Source: Bigelowiella natans CCMP2755 (lineage: Eukaryota > Protista > Cercozoa). From it: a stretch of DNA of 64,000 nt. This document shows positions 1-14,062 of the stretch, piece by piece (the first letter of the stretch is position 1; the number at the start of each line of letters is the position of its first letter). The position numbers were made by a program, and so were the translations under genes. The stretch covers positions 62,001 through 126,000 of the forward strand of contig ADNK01003302.1 of NCBI GenBank assembly GCA_000320545.1. Direction: 5' to 3'. The notes below the pieces were generated by a model. The model saw only the letters and a program-made list of their open reading frames with translations, was not told where the DNA came from and did no database searches.

Positions 1-230
1 ACCGGTAAAATAATAATCAAGAACAGAATGAGGATCAGACAATATCATGCAGTGATCAACATCAACAAAAAACCATCGTATGCGAACATCTAAAATACCA
101 TGCTCGATGAGATGCGAGAAATTCGGCCGCGGTTTTACTTCATCATTATCACTTTTATCATTAAATATATCTTTGTATTTTTGTAATATATGCGATTGAT
201 ATCTTTTCCAATGTTCACGCTTTAAATTAG

Positions 231-2974
231 GCCGCTCTGTTCCAATGCAAGACCGTATCGAAATCCTTGCTGAGAGAGCTCAAAAGTGGGCGACACTTCG
301 TGCTATTCCTAATGCAGAGAAGAAGCTCGCGATTACAATCTTCTCGTTCCCTCCTGATAAGGGGAATGTTGGTACAGCAGCTTACCTGAATGTGTTTGGT
401 TCGATCCATGCTGTAATGAAAGAATTGAAACGAAAAGGATACGACGTCGAGGTTCCTGATACCGTTGAGGAGCTCATTGATGGTGTTCTCAAAGATAAAG
501 AGGCAGAGATTGCATCTCCTGAACTGAACGTTGAGTACCGTATGTCCATGGACGAGTACAAGAAAAAGACTCCTTACGCAAAAGATCTTGAAGACAACTG
601 GGGTCCTCCTCCAGGAAATCTCAACAGTGATGGAGAGAATCTCCTTGTCTACGGAAAGAAATTCGGAAATGTTTTCATCGGCGTGCAACCTAGCTTCGGT
701 TACGAGGGCGACCCAATGCGTCTGCTGTTCGCTAAGAGTGCCAGCCCACACCACGGATTTGCCGCATACTACACTTACATCGAAAAAGTATTTGGTGCAA
801 ACGCTGTCCTACACTTTGGAACACACGGATCGCTCGAATTCATGCCTGGAAAGCAAGTTGGGATGTCTGGAAAGTGCTATCCTGATCGCTTGATTCATGC
901 GCTACCAAACATCTACTACTATGCAGCTAATAACCCTAGTGAGGCTACAATTGCAAAACGTCGTGGATATGCTTCCACGATTTCCTACTTAACCCCTCCT
1001 GCAGAGAATGCTGGCCTTTACAAGGGATTGAAAGAGCTTGGAGAGCTCGTAGGTTCTTATCAGGGACTCCGTGAGACTGGTCGAGGCCCAAGCATCGTTA
1101 ACTCTATCGTTGCGAGCGCACGACAATGCAACCTTGACAAGGATATCACGGATCTGCCTTTGGAGGAAGAAGATGCTAAAGAAATGGACCAAGATACCAG
1201 AGATAGAGTGGTGGGGAAGGTGTACAACCAACTCATGGAGATCGAGTCGAGACTACTACCTTGTGGACTTCACACCGTCGGTGTTCCCCCAACCGTTGAG
1301 GAGGCTGTCGCTACTCTGGTGAACATTGCATCTCTCGATCGACCTGAGGATGGCTTCAAGTCGCTTCCTCGCCTTGTTGCTGAGAGTGTTGGACGAGATA
1401 TTGAGGAGATTTATCGAAACTCTGACAATGGTGTACTCGAGGATGTGCAGTTGAGGCAGAACATAGTTGAGGCGACACGTGCAGCAGTACGTGCTGCTGC
1501 CATGCAGTCGGCTAACAAAGATGGTAGGATTGAAGAAGTAAATCCAATGGCCGTTCAGCTGCAGGGTCTAGTAGGCATCAAGTCACCTTGGCGGCAAGCT
1601 CTCAAGGATACAGGTTTTGACGTTTCGGAAGCTGAGCTCACTCCATTGTTCAAGTACCTCGGATTTTGCCTCGAGCAGGTAGTAGCAGATAATGAGCTGG
1701 GAGGTCTGATGAGCGCTCTTGATGGAGAATACATTCTCCCAGGGCCAGGAGGAGACCCTATCCGTAACCCAAAGGTCTTGCCAACGGGCAAGAACATGCA
1801 CGCCCTCGACCCTCAAGCAATTCCTACAAAGGCTGCCGTTGACTGCGCGAAAGTGGTTGTAGATAGGTTGCTTGACAGGCAAAAGCAGGATATGGGTGGT
1901 CAATACCCGGAATCTGTTGCTCTTACTCTCTGGGGAACCGATAATATTAAGACATACGGTGAATCTCTCGCACAGGTAATGTGGCTCGTAGGAGTCCAGC
2001 CTGTAAGTGATAGCATCGGTCGGGTGAACAAGCTGCGACTGATTCCTCTTGAGGAGCTTGGACGTCCTCGTGTTGATGTTGTCGTCACATGTTCAGGAGT
2101 CTTCCGCGATCTATTTATCAACCAGATGAATCTTCTCGATAAGGCTGTTAAGATGGCAGCTGAGGCAGATGAGCCTCTGGAGATGAACTTTGTGCGCAAA
2201 CACTCACTCGAGCAAGCTGAAGAGCTTGGAGTAGACTTAAGGGAAGCGGCACAACGTGTATTTTCGAATTCCGCAGGATCCTACTCTGCGAACGTTGGTC
2301 TTGCAATTGAGAACGGGGGCTGGAAAGATGAGTCACAGCTTCAAGAGCAGTTCCTCGAGCGTAAGAGCTTTGCTTTCAACGCTGACCGCCCCGGTGAATT
2401 GAACAAGGCGGATGCCGTATTCAAGAGCTCTCTTGCGAAGGTTGACGTCACCTTCCAGAATCTAGACTCTTCAGAGATCTCTCTATCGGATGTGAGCCAC
2501 TACTTCGATTCTGACCCTACCAACGTTGTAAAAGGCTTGAGGAAGGACGGAAAGAAGCCAACCTCTTTTGTGGCAGATACTACCACTGCCAATGCGCAGG
2601 TGAGAACGCTTTCTGAGACTGTACGCCTTGATGCACGTACGAAACTCCTAAATCCAAAGTTCTACGAGGGAATGCTTAACCAAGGATATGAAGGAGCACG
2701 AGAGATCACTAAACGTCTTAGAAACACAATGGGATGGTCTGCAACTGCTGGTGCAGTCGATAACTTCGTTTACGAGGATGCTAACTCTGTGTTCATCGAG
2801 GACCCTGCTATGCAGAAGCGCCTGCTTGACACCAACCCTAACGCCTTCCGTGACATGATTCAAACATTCCTCGAGGCGAACGGCCGCGGTTACTGGGAGA
2901 CATCCGAAGATAATATTGATAGGCTTCGCAAACTCTATCAGGACTGTGAGGACAAGTTGGAGGGCATCGAATAA
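231..2974 (+). CDS. chlH: Magnesium chelatase subunit H (terminal exon; 5' part lies upstream of the window)
   Basis: 909-aa ORF with ChlH/CobN motifs ([68 protein letters not shown]). Acceptor AG at 229-230 extends the frame as (G)RSVPMQDR. Confidence 0.96.
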
Positions 2975-3756
2975 GCATCATGATGACGACACCACCAACA
3001 TCATTACTACATACAAGTTACATGAGAGCACATAAGAACATAAGCAAAAGAACCACTGTACTGATGAGAAACCTTACAACGCAAGGACAGCATATGGCAT
3101 AGCTTTAATTCAGCAGTAATTCGAAATACTCCTCGTCACTCTTACTGCATCCCTGCATCTGTACTCAATCTGCCCAAAATTCCCTCCGCCAAGTGCTGTA
3201 GACGAATGGATTCGTAACATACGTACCCCACATACACATTCTACCAATTCGTACGAACACTCAAAAGATAAATTGTATCTCGTGTTTGTGTATAGGTTGT
3301 GTCTACGTTTACCTTAATTTATAATCCCACTCATACTAGTTTTAATTCCATCTGGAATCAAATAGAGAATCCTGCTTAAATATGTCGTTATTATTCGGCT
3401 GTTGCATGTTCTGTCAGAACACCTTTAAATAACAATGAGAATTACTCATCTCGATCAAAGCATTACTTGCTTCCGCAATGATTAACATCGGCCTCGCTAA
3501 ATACATAGCCAGCGCAAAATTCGCAAATCACTTCACCACTATTACGTAATTGGATTATGATTTTAGTCAACATGCGTGCGGGAGAAGCAGTGTGTACTAG
3601 CTAGCTAGTAGAGCAAGCGTGTGCGCACGTCTGAACTGCTGTGCCATCTGGCTAGCTGAGCTATGTGCGTGTACGTGCAACATGTGTGTCTAGATGCAAA
3701 CATGCAGGATGCATGCTAGTAGCTAGCTAACAGCACCCATCTAGCCATACTAGCAT

Positions 3757-3844
3757 AGCTAAGACGGACACAACACAAATCAATTGAATTGATTCAATGG
3801 TCATCCTCATGTAGCTGCTGTGCAATGCAGCGGCTACAGCGCTA
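3757..3844 (-). repeat. Dispersed convergent-junction element, copy B
   Basis: Reverse complement tagcgctgtagccgctgcattgcac...gctacatgaggatgaccattgaa...tccgtct aligns by eye with 28461-28547, 41385-41493 and 57317-57388. Confidence 0.75.
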
Positions 3845-3923
3845 CCATTGCTAGCATGTGCAATGAAGCAATTTCGATCGAACACACATGCATTGATGAA
3901 TGCGTAGCGCTGCTGTGATGATA

Positions 3924-4595
3924 ACGACGAAATGAGAGCGCCAGCTTGCTAGCTTGCTGGAATCGGGGCAGTCTAGCAGTGCATGTGGAAGGCGGCCAAA
4001 CAAAGAGAGACACTCGGATTTGGAAGGGCACGTTCTCATTTTTGTTCTCTAGCTCAGAGGAAAGTTCACGTGGAGGCAAAGACGACTGCGTCAAAGATTT
4101 TGCCCACCGCCAATCCCATGCAAAATCCAATGGGAAAGTTGCATGCACTAGCACATGACATGGAAAAGTGATGGTTTCCCCCAGCTGAATTCGGAGCTCG
4201 ACCAGTGCCTTTCATTTGTCCTTCCAGGTTTTCTGGAACTGGAGAAAAAGGAGACTTGTTCCACGATGTGCGAGAAATCTTGCGATGTGGGGCAATGGCG
4301 CGATGCTCTGGCGATGATTTTTGCATTGCTTATTATATGGATATGCTTTGTCATTTTGACAAAAAGAAACGTGCTGTGCCCATGTGTTTTTTGCCATGTC
4401 ATTCTAGCAGCTCAGTTCAGCACTAGAGCAGCAGGTCCGCAGCAGTGGGCAAAAGCTTGGGTTGTGAATTTTGGGGCATTTTCCTGCCACATGAGCAGAT
4501 TTAGAGATGGTCAGAATTTGAAACTGGGGCATGATGTGTGCTCTGTTGCTAGCGTGTGTCAGCTCAGAAGCTGCTTCTAGCTTCGGTCCGATCTG
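3924..4595. mobile_element. TpA-depleted intergenic tract, probable degenerate non-autonomous transposon relic
   Basis: Hand count: 8 CTAG, 1 TTAG and one 4-TA island (4331-4343); otherwise no TA in ~670 nt. Shares aatcccatgca[a/g]aat (4112-4126) with 44977-44991. No TIR or TSD identified. Confidence 0.4.
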
Positions 4596-5081
4596 CTACC
4601 CTGCACAGTACCGCTACGTAGTCCGCCAACAATGACATCACGCGCGCAACAACGTGCGCAATGACATCTACGTGAACAGAATAGAACGAACAACAGTGCT
4701 CAGTGCACGACAGTGCACAGTGTTGCCACATGCGGTAGCGCGCCATGCTAGCATGGCACTAGCTAGCGGCACACATGCACGCTAGCGCACGGCATTGTGC
4801 GCCTACGCACATGATGCGAACCTGAGGCATTGCCATTGCATTGCGGCGTGCTCTGCTGGCTCTGCTAGCGCACGTGCTAGCGTGCGTGCCTGTGGTGCGT
4901 GCACTCTTGCTTTCACGTGCACGTCTAGCTAGTACGTTGGATGCGATGTGACAAATTGCCAATTTCTTTTCATCAGTAACTTCAACAGTATGCGATGCGC
5001 AATGGCATCATGTTAGTGTCACAGATTCTTCAAAGCCTCTCTGCCGCATAATTACTAAGCAGAGAAGTTGAGTCATCATTT

Positions 5082-6626
5082 TCATCTTCGCTTTACACTG
5101 ACAGTCACGAGCTCTGCAGGTTCCTTCATTTGATGGTCCAAAACCAGGACATTTATGCCCACCCCGGGAGTTTCTTCAACATTGCAACACCCATCAGGTT
5201 CTGTCGTGACAGAAAAGCCATTTTCATAGTGAAGATCCTTAGAAAGGAATATCTCTGTACATGGAGTCGAAGCACATGTTACATTTTCTCCAATGTTGAC
5301 TTGCTGTCGTAGCGAAGGCCAGAATTTTAGGGTAAAATCACCATTAGTGGCATCGAATTTTAGGGATGCAACATCCCCAGCAACTGCTCGAGGATAGGAA
5401 CGAGCCAATTCTCTGCGGTAATCTGTAGCCGGAGGAACTTTGTCCCAATATATCCAACTCAAGGGCATCTTATCTCCTTCAGAGGATCCATCTCCATCTA
5501 AATGCTCGGCTACGAAACGCACTTCTGCCAAACCGGTTGGTGTGTCACTAACAGCCCCAAATTCCGTCACGATCCCGGCAGTTCGAAGACGCCTAATATC
5601 CGACCTTCGTTGACTGAGTTGAAAACCGTCGTTGAGATGACAAAAAGATTTGCTGAGCCACGTGGTCGGTCCATCGCCGTCGGTTCCAGTCATACAGTAT
5701 ACGTGAAATGCCATCGGCTCATGCGGAAGAAATCCATTCTCATAGCCGACCCTACGCATTAATCGATTGTTGACCTCGGCAGGAGCAAACAAGATCGGTG
5801 TCTCTGCATCTACTTCTCGAATAACTTGATGAATTTTTTGCATGAAAGATCCCAGGGCTGCCCCCTCAGCCTTGCCAGCACGAGTCAATAGCTCAGGATG
5901 CGAGATATGGTCTCCCACCCAAGGCTCATTTAGCATCTCGTAAGCTAAGATTCCTGCTTTCCCTTGTAGTTGGGAAGCGACTGTACGCCAATGTTGTACC
6001 ACCATTTTGCCTAGGACTCCGACTCCGTCATACATCTGTTGGAAAGCCTTTCCGCATGCATCTGTCGCATAGAACATTGACCAGCCGATAGACTTCAGTG
6101 GGCCTGACTCCTCGCAATCCTGTTTCGGAGCCCATGATCCTGTGTGCGGGTCTGGCTTGGATGTATTCGAGAAGCGAACGGGCTCTGGGAATGGGAGGGA
6201 ATTTAGGGTGGAAGCGTTCAACATCCATTGTGGGGTTCCCTCTCCACATATGATGGGGCTTAGAACATCCTGATGAAGGTCAATGACCGATGCTATGCCA
6301 GCATTCCATAGCAGATCAATGATCCTCTCCACCTCAGAGAGATACGTGGAGTTTGGCTTAGCATCAGGAGTGGGGAAGACGCCTGGCATCATGACTCCGA
6401 GGCGTACGACATTAGCTCCTATTAGCTTCAAGTCTTCGATTGTCGCCTCAGAGACTTTAGGCAGGAAGTCGCCTGATTTGGTTACGAAGTTCGTCCCATG
6501 GAAAAGCCTCGTTCGATTGCTACCGTCGCGGAAGACAAAGGTTTCACCATCAACACGGATACGATCCCAAACTGGACGGCCACTAATGAGAATTGGGAGG
6601 GTCACAGCAAGTATGGTAGCTAACAT
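5082..6626 (-). CDS. Secreted GH5 glycoside hydrolase, endoglycoceramidase-like (intronless, 514 aa)
   Basis: Signal peptide MLATILAVTLPILISG; FHGTNFV; NVVRLG; IDLHQD; acid/base motif YEMLNEPW; nucleophile motif VTEFG; LARSYPRAVAG followed by a C-terminal beta-sandwich typical of EGCases. Confidence 0.88.
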   Translation of the reverse strand: MLATILAVTLPILISGRPVWDRIRVDGETFVFRDGSNRTRLFHGTNFVTKSGDFLPKVSEATIEDLKLIGANVVRLGVMMPGVFPTPDAKPNSTYLSEVERIIDLLWNAGIASVIDLHQDVLSPIICGEGTPQWMLNASTLNSLPFPEPVRFSNTSKPDPHTGSWAPKQDCEESGPLKSIGWSMFYATDACGKAFQQMYDGVGVLGKMVVQHWRTVASQLQGKAGILAYEMLNEPWVGDHISHPELLTRAGKAEGAALGSFMQKIHQVIREVDAETPILFAPAEVNNRLMRRVGYENGFLPHEPMAFHVYCMTGTDGDGPTTWLSKSFCHLNDGFQLSQRRSDIRRLRTAGIVTEFGAVSDTPTGLAEVRFVAEHLDGDGSSEGDKMPLSWIYWDKVPPATDYRRELARSYPRAVAGDVASLKFDATNGDFTLKFWPSLRQQVNIGENVTCASTPCTEIFLSKDLHYENGFSVTTEPDGCCNVEETPGVGINVLVLDHQMKEPAELVTVSVKRR

Positions 6627-7326
6627 CTCAGGGTAGCCAGAATTGTGTTCCAAGATGTGAACGTTCCCTGTAATGCTTATTTTTGTACGAGCTTGTAGGG
6701 ACTTGAGTAGATCTAGAGCTTGAATGGATCTGCAACGCTACAACGCTGCTGCGCTGCTGGAGGGTATCTATCTGCACATTCCTCCTAATTGCCGGGTGGT
6801 TTCTTTTTCCTTTTAGTATGGTACCGGTGCCGTTACCGTAAAGGAAACAACGATGATATGATGATGATGATGATGATGTTTTTTAGGCCAAAATGATCGT
6901 ACGGGCTTTTGAAGAAATGGATTTCCCTGTTGTTGACGCAGAGAAACATTCCCTTCGATTTCAGGCCGGTGCTTCCTTCTTCCAGGAAACTTCCCATTCA
7001 TTTCTATCTTACCAATTTAGACTTCATGCGACATCAAAACAACGCGTAAATCCTGTGAAATCCCCGTATCTGCCTGTTTTTTCCCGGAGAACCGGGATTT
7101 CGTAGAGGAATTCTGAACGCATGCTAAGTAACGAGAGGACTCCTTCCGAAATACAGATTCTTGCCATGAATTATCTTGTCGTATGTGGTTTACACCCTAT
7201 ATTATTATTAAAATATGAGAACTTCGTCTACATTGTGTCTGAAATCTTGCTCAACTTGAACCATGGCTCCCGGCTGGGCCTCCGATAAAAAGAAATAACA
7301 GCTTGAGTCGGGTACCACAGTGCCGT

Positions 7327-7726
7327 ATGAGCAAGCGGCGGTTACGCGGAAGGAGAAAAGAAAGCGTATGGCAGTACCAAAACATCGCAGATAGCATATG
7401 TCCGACCATCTCTGTCTCCAAGTTCGTGGTAAAAAACAACATGTAAACGTGCACCCACGTCTCCCTTCAACTACGGGGCAGTGGGGAAAATCAATGACGT
7501 GAAATTGCCATACCCTATTGAACGATTTGTACTCGTTGCTGTAGTTTGCCTGAAGTTGTCCAACTGTTTTAGACGAGGAGCTCTGAGCCTAAAGGTGAGT
7601 CGAAACGTTACTTAATTGAAAATGCATACAAATGGCTCTCAAAGCAATCGTCGGCTGATCAATACGAGGTTCGTTTTCATTCCATACAATGAATTTTGTT
7701 TATTCATCATATCATAAGCCCACTTA

Positions 7727-7774
<48 letters not shown>

Positions 7775-10700
7775 CACATATGCACACATGCACATATGCA
7801 CACATGCACGCATCACGAACGCAACGTTTATCTTCTCTAATGTGTTACTTTTCAGATACTCAAGGTGAGAAGCGATCCAGACTGGTTTCAAGCGTTTAGA
7901 TCTATTTGTGAGACATGCCGCAAGGAGAAAGTTGACGGCGTGTTCATCTTTGTGGAGTCTTCTGATTTCAGTATTGGACAGGATAGGCATTCAAATCACT
8001 TTAGGTTTTTACGATGGGATCAGCTCATTGGCAATATGGTGATGGAAAAGGATCGCTCGCCTACAAGTTCCCATAGCAAGAAAGAAGAGGATGCTGAGAA
8101 ATGTGCCGAGAATGTAGGTGCACAACGTCTCACGAGTAATAGTAGAGACGACGATGGAGGCGGCAGTAGCAGCAGCAGCAGCAGCAGCAAAGAGAACAAA
8201 CAAATAGCTGGAGAGCGTCAAAACTACCAAAACGTCCACTTCAGCGGCAACAATGAATCCCGTGAGCTTTTGCAGAGCCTTCGTGTCGGCATCAGGAAGA
8301 AAGAAGGGATCGAATTAAGTCTCGATCCCGAAATTCTACGCACTCGTGGAATGAGAGACGTGCAGTATCTGTTAGACATAGCAAGCACTGAGCACTACTT
8401 AGCTCATGCAGGGACTATTCACGACCGCTTTCTTAACACTGTCATTCAAACGGGCCGTCTAGATCCATTGGCAGAGGTTGCTCACCACACTCGAGGTTGC
8501 GTTCCGGAGATGGTGAAAGTGTGTGTTTATTCGGTAATTCTGTCTCTGATAACAAATGCAACCCGCAACTTAACATATAAAAACATTTTGAATGCTTCTT
8601 GATGGGGAACATGTAAAAGAAGCAAAACAGTCCCAAAGTTGCCTTGCAGCCTCAAAACCTCTTTCTCATCTTGCAGGTAGCGGCGTTTGTGGCAAAGCGA
8701 ATCCAGATGGCTTTGGTGGCAAGCTTTCAAGCTGCTGCCACCACCTCTTCTGCTTCTTTGTCTGCTTCTAATTCCCTCTCCGCCCTCCCCAACAGTACTG
8801 CTGCCAGTAGTAGTACTCGTGCGGGATCATCAACTTTACACATATCGAACAGCAGCCATACTGCGCACCACCACCACCACGCTAGCAACCCTCAATGGTC
8901 TATCTCAGGAGGAGGGGGAGGGGGGAACCATCAATATCACCAGCAACAATTAAATGGTAGCAATGATAGATCATCATCATCTGGTTTTTACCACCATCAC
9001 CACCACCACCACCCATCATCATCATCATTCTCTTCTTCCTCATCATCTTCCAACAAGAACAAAGAACGCCGTGACCCCAAGCACATTATGCGAGCATGGG
9101 CTGCCTTGGATAAGCCGAACCGCAAGTTGATCTTACAACGCCTTGAAAGGCAAGAGGCAAAAGAGGAAACTGGTATCGAGATGGGAGCGCTCGTGAAGGT
9201 GCTCGATATGTTTCTCGATAGCGGTGTTGATATTTTCACCATTGAAGAGTGGTTGAAGCCTGCTTTCGTCCCTTCGATCGAGAGCGCTCGAGATGCCTTA
9301 CTGACCAACATTTCAAGATTAATAGGAGAAGACTTGCTCAACAGTGAAGAAGCTTTGGCCAGGAGAATTCTCAACCAAAAGCGCAAACGTGTGGTAAAAA
9401 AAAAACGGCGAAAAGAGCGTCAGGCTGCGATGCAGGCCGCCGTCCAAGAGCGTGAACGGCTTAAGAGAGAGAAGAAAGCGGCACAAGAGCTTGAAGAGAA
9501 AACAAGGAGGGAGAAGAAAAGAAGAGAGCGTAAGAGGAACAACCAACTGCAACAGCAAATGCGGCAACTTCATCATCGTCATCATCACACAAAGACAGTG
9601 GTAGCAGCAGCAGCAGTTCCACCCGGTTGGCAATATGCAGAAGACATTGTTGATGAAGATCCCCCGCCGGGAACTAAGAACAATTTAAGCCACAATGATA
9701 GTAGTGGTAGCACGAATAATGTTAGTACTATTACTAATAAAACTAATATTGGTAGTAGTTATAGTAGTAGTAGTAGTAGTTGTTGTAGTGGTCGTTACGT
9801 AGAACTTAGCAGCAAAGGAGGCACAAGTAGCTGCAATGGCCAGCATCGCAGTGGTGGGAGAGTCACTACTACCATCAAGAAAGGGGGGGGGGGACGGCGA
9901 CGCTTAAAGAGCGGAAAGTCACGCTCTCGCAGTGGTACTCGGAGAAAGAATAAAGAACATCAGAAGATCTTAATGATAGTTGCTCCCCCACCTCGTGCCG
10001 AGGTCGAAGCTACCTGCCGCAGCATCATTCTAGGTCCGTTGATGAGCAAGACCTTTGCGAATGTGGCTAAAAGGCAAGCTAGACGTGTGAAGAAGAAACT
10101 CAAGAAGGAAAGGAAACAAAGACAGTTTATGTGCAGAGAGTTACTACTTAATTCTATTGTAGGGCCTGCCTTGGATGTTGCCTCGAGCTGCCATAGATTA
10201 TTAGAAGGAGGGTGCTCCTATTATGAAGCGAAAGAAGAAGAAGAAGAAGAAGAAGAAGAAGAGGGAGAAGAAGAAGAGGAAAAGGAGGTTGTAGAAGTAG
10301 GAGGTAGTACAGATTTGAAGGAATATACTACTACTACCACATCTGTAAGCAACACCATGACAGGAGCGGAAGGATCAGCAGTTGCTGAGCCAATAAAAAA
10401 AGATGTGAAGGAAGCAGGGGGGGGAGCATCAAAGTCGAAGAAGAAGAAGCCAATTACAACTAGGATTGCTTCTACACGCACTACTAATACTGCTACTAGC
10501 ATTCCTATAAAAAAGAATAGTATGATGAAGAAGGCCCAGCAGCAATCACTCAGTACTGCTGCTACTGCCACTTGTGAGGGGGATGAGGGGAAAGAGGTGA
10601 AACCTAAAGAGGAATTAGTGAGTAATCATCATCCAAGTACTCACCAGCGTATAATCAAGGCCCTACAAAATACAAGGCTCTTGCCTGCAAGCATTAGCAC

Positions 10701-11151
10701 AACTTCCCCCCCTCCCACCAATCATCAGGAAGGAGCAGGGGCAGCAGCGACTGCGGCGACTATAGGTAGAAATCATACAGCAGAGAACTATACTGACAGC
10801 AAAATCACAACAACAACAACAACAACAACAACAGCAACACATGTATAAACCACAGAAGGAGCTCGTACATATTATCGCACTACTACCCTCATGACTGCTG
10901 TTGACCTTATATATTCTTCCATTTCTAAAGGTACTCCTCCTCCTCCTCCTCCTCCTCCTCCTCCTGCTCCTCCTCGTACAAGTGCGCTGCAGCAACCTAA
11001 CCGCAAGCAACAGAAGAAACACATGGTGCATGACAACTATGTGTCATCAGTACTACGGCAGCAGCAGCAGCAGTCCTCCTCTTCCTCCCCTCTCCATCAT
11101 CGTCCTCCTCGCCCTCCGCACCATCATCACCACTATCATCACCCTCGGCAT

Positions 11152-11182
<31 letters not shown>

Positions 11183-13742
11183 GTAGATTTGGTAGTAGTA
11201 GTGCTGATCAGCCCCCTACAAACAGCAACGACGCCAATCTACTCGCACAGGCGTCTATGGTGCAAGGTAAGGTGCCGAACATCGATCCTCTCTCCCCCTC
11301 CTCCCTTAGGCTTCATCGTACTGTTCTCAACGGTATCGATGCGTGTGCAAATTATGTCGAGCAGGCAGGGGGGGCAGATATAGTAAAGCAACTGCACCAC
11401 AATGTCCACGATATGGCCTCGGCCTTAAACGCATTGAGCCTTGAGCGTCGTCCGATTCAAATGGCAGTCGTCAACGCTCTTCGTGTGGTTGTAACATCTC
11501 TCTGGCCAGGTGCTCGGGTAGAGGTATATGGTTCCTTCGCAACGCAACTGTGTGCGCCATCGTCCGACATCGATCTTGTAGTGTGTGATGTAGTTCAGCA
11601 CTATCAATCCATATTATCTGACATAAAGCCCAAGGAGTCGTGTGTTGCTCAGCTTGCACGGCATCTAAGGAAACAGCACTGGGTACAGGTTGTGCAGACG
11701 ATTGAACGAGCGGCAGTACCAATTGTCAAGGTGACTGCCACCTTCCAAGAAGCTGCAGGAATCCAGATTGATCTCTCTTTCGATTCCCCCTCACACCGTG
11801 GACTATCTACTTGTGCATTCGTACGAGGCTTGTGCGCTGAGTTTCCCATGCTCGTCCCCCTGACCTTGGTGTTGAAGCAGTTTCTAGTCACTACCGGCCT
11901 CAACGATCCGTATTCTGGTGGTCTCTCTTCCTATGGCCTTGTGCTCATGATTACTCGTGTATTGCAGCGAGATCGACTTTACCGTCAATATATAAAAGCT
12001 ATGGCAGTAGAAGACACTGCTGCTGCTGCTGCTGCTGAACGTGGCGAAAGCGCTAGGGATAACAACATCATCAACAACAACACAACCCTGACAACAAAGG
12101 CGACAGCAGCAGCTACAAAGCGGACAAAAGTAGTAGCAGCACCAGTAACAAAGACAACAAAGACAACACAGCAGCAGCGGAGGACAACACAGGTGGAGCA
12201 GCAGCTTTATGATGGTCATCATCATAACCACCAGCAGCACCAGGAGGAGAAGGAGGAGGAGAAAAAAGGGAATATAATTATCATCCCAGCGAAGACCGGG
12301 GAAGAAACACTAAGTAGTACTGATGAAAATAATGTTGAAGAAGAAATTGTAGCAGTATCAGCAGCAACAACAGAGAAATTTAGAAAGAAGGAACTACAAC
12401 GACGAGGAGGAGGAATTGATTGTAGAGGAGGACCTAAGAACAATACCACCGCTGCTGCTGCTGCACTATTCTTGTCATCTTGCTTTTCATCGGATGATGC
12501 CTCTTCTCGCTACGAGGCCCAACGACTTAGAGAGATATTTGGCCGCAACTTTGAGCTTGGCCGCCTTTTCGTCACTTTCCTTGCCGAGTAATATATTATT
12601 CCAGAAACGATGTTAGGATTTACTCATTTTCCCTATCACTTGCGAACTGACAGCACAACTGATGAAGTTGAGATTGTTACGTTATCAACATTGCATTATT
12701 TGAGAAGCATAGGAGCAAACCTGTCTTGATGCTTTGGTAATAATCTTCCTATATGTTTTCAATGTAGGTATGGTCGTGTGTTTGAGCCGATGCGAAACGC
12801 TATATCGGTATTTAACCAAGCGGAGGAGTCCGACTTCGTGTTTGCAGGAGCAAAGTATCGCCGACTATTTCTCGGTGACCCTCTAGCCATTATCGATCCT
12901 TTCGATCCGACCAACAATATCGGGCGGACATGCTATGGAATTGGCCAGATCCAGAGAGAATTCGATGCAGCGCTAACAAAGATTCAAGAACGCTCTGAGA
13001 CATGCACGCTGCAGCAGGTGCATCATCCACAGCAAGAGCGAGCGTACAGCAACAGCAGTTTCTGGGGGGGGGGGGAATATACGAGGACTTCGGCGGCAGT
13101 GGAGACGCTGAGGAATAACAGCAAAAGCAAGCAGAAGAATGACGTGTCATTCTCCAATAGCAACAAATACAACGCTGACGTCAAGCAACGAAGTGGACAT
13201 CAGCACCACCACCATATACAGAATCAGCACTATTATTATTCTTCCCCTCACCCATACCGCGATGCTGCCGTTGGGCTCAGCAAGAAATCTGCCGCAACAA
13301 AAGCAGGGGGAGTGGTTGACTGGAAGAAAGTTAGAGCGATGAGCTCTGCAAGGACGGCGACAACGAAGAAAAGCAGCAAAGAGGTAAAACAGACATTTGC
13401 TGAGAAGCTACGATCTTCAAATCAGAAAGCTAAAGCTAAGAATGCTGCTTTGCCAACACGCACCAGTGGCATTCCAAGTAGCAGCAGTAGCAGTGGTTAC
13501 AATGAGAGCATAGGAAGTTCCTCGTCGCCTCCTCCTCCAATCGATAATAGTAGAAATAATAAAAATAGTTTGATCAAGCAAACACCCCTTGGTGCAGTGT
13601 TCAACACGCAGAATCACAGTTCCGTCGTCAGATACACTCGGCAGTTGCTCAAGCGAGCGCAACCACCTCAGCAGCAGAAGCGGCAGCCCACAAACTCAGC
13701 AGTGGCTGCAAGAACCACAAATCTTCCTCCTCCTCCTTCCCG

Positions 13743-13780
<38 letters not shown>

Positions 13781-14029
13781 GCCATCGAGATCGTCCACCA
13801 CAACATTCTACTACCAACGCCACGAGGAATGCTGCTGCTCACGAAGGTACAGCTGCTCTTCCGACAACTGCTAAGGCAACAACAACTCTACCAAGAGGAA
13901 GCTACAATGGTAATAATACTAATACTACCATTTCAACAGCGGCTATGGCAGTGGTAGGCTTAGATCAGCAACAGCAGCAGCAGGAGGAGGAGGAGGAGAA
14001 GGATGAGGGTATGATCCTGGGGGAGAGGG

Positions 14030-14062
<33 letters not shown>

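Noticed and set aside
3834-4962. Dense overlapping ORFs on both strands here, and at 43845-44849 and 63428-63968
   Set aside because: Artefact of TpA loss, which removes TAA/TAG stops. The products are Cys/His-rich and Tyr-poor with no recognisable domain.
10766-10930. Single in-frame TAA (10846-10848) between two long same-frame ORFs, suggesting readthrough or recoding
   Set aside because: A canonical 165-nt intron (G|gtagaa...tttctaaag|GT) removes it in frame.
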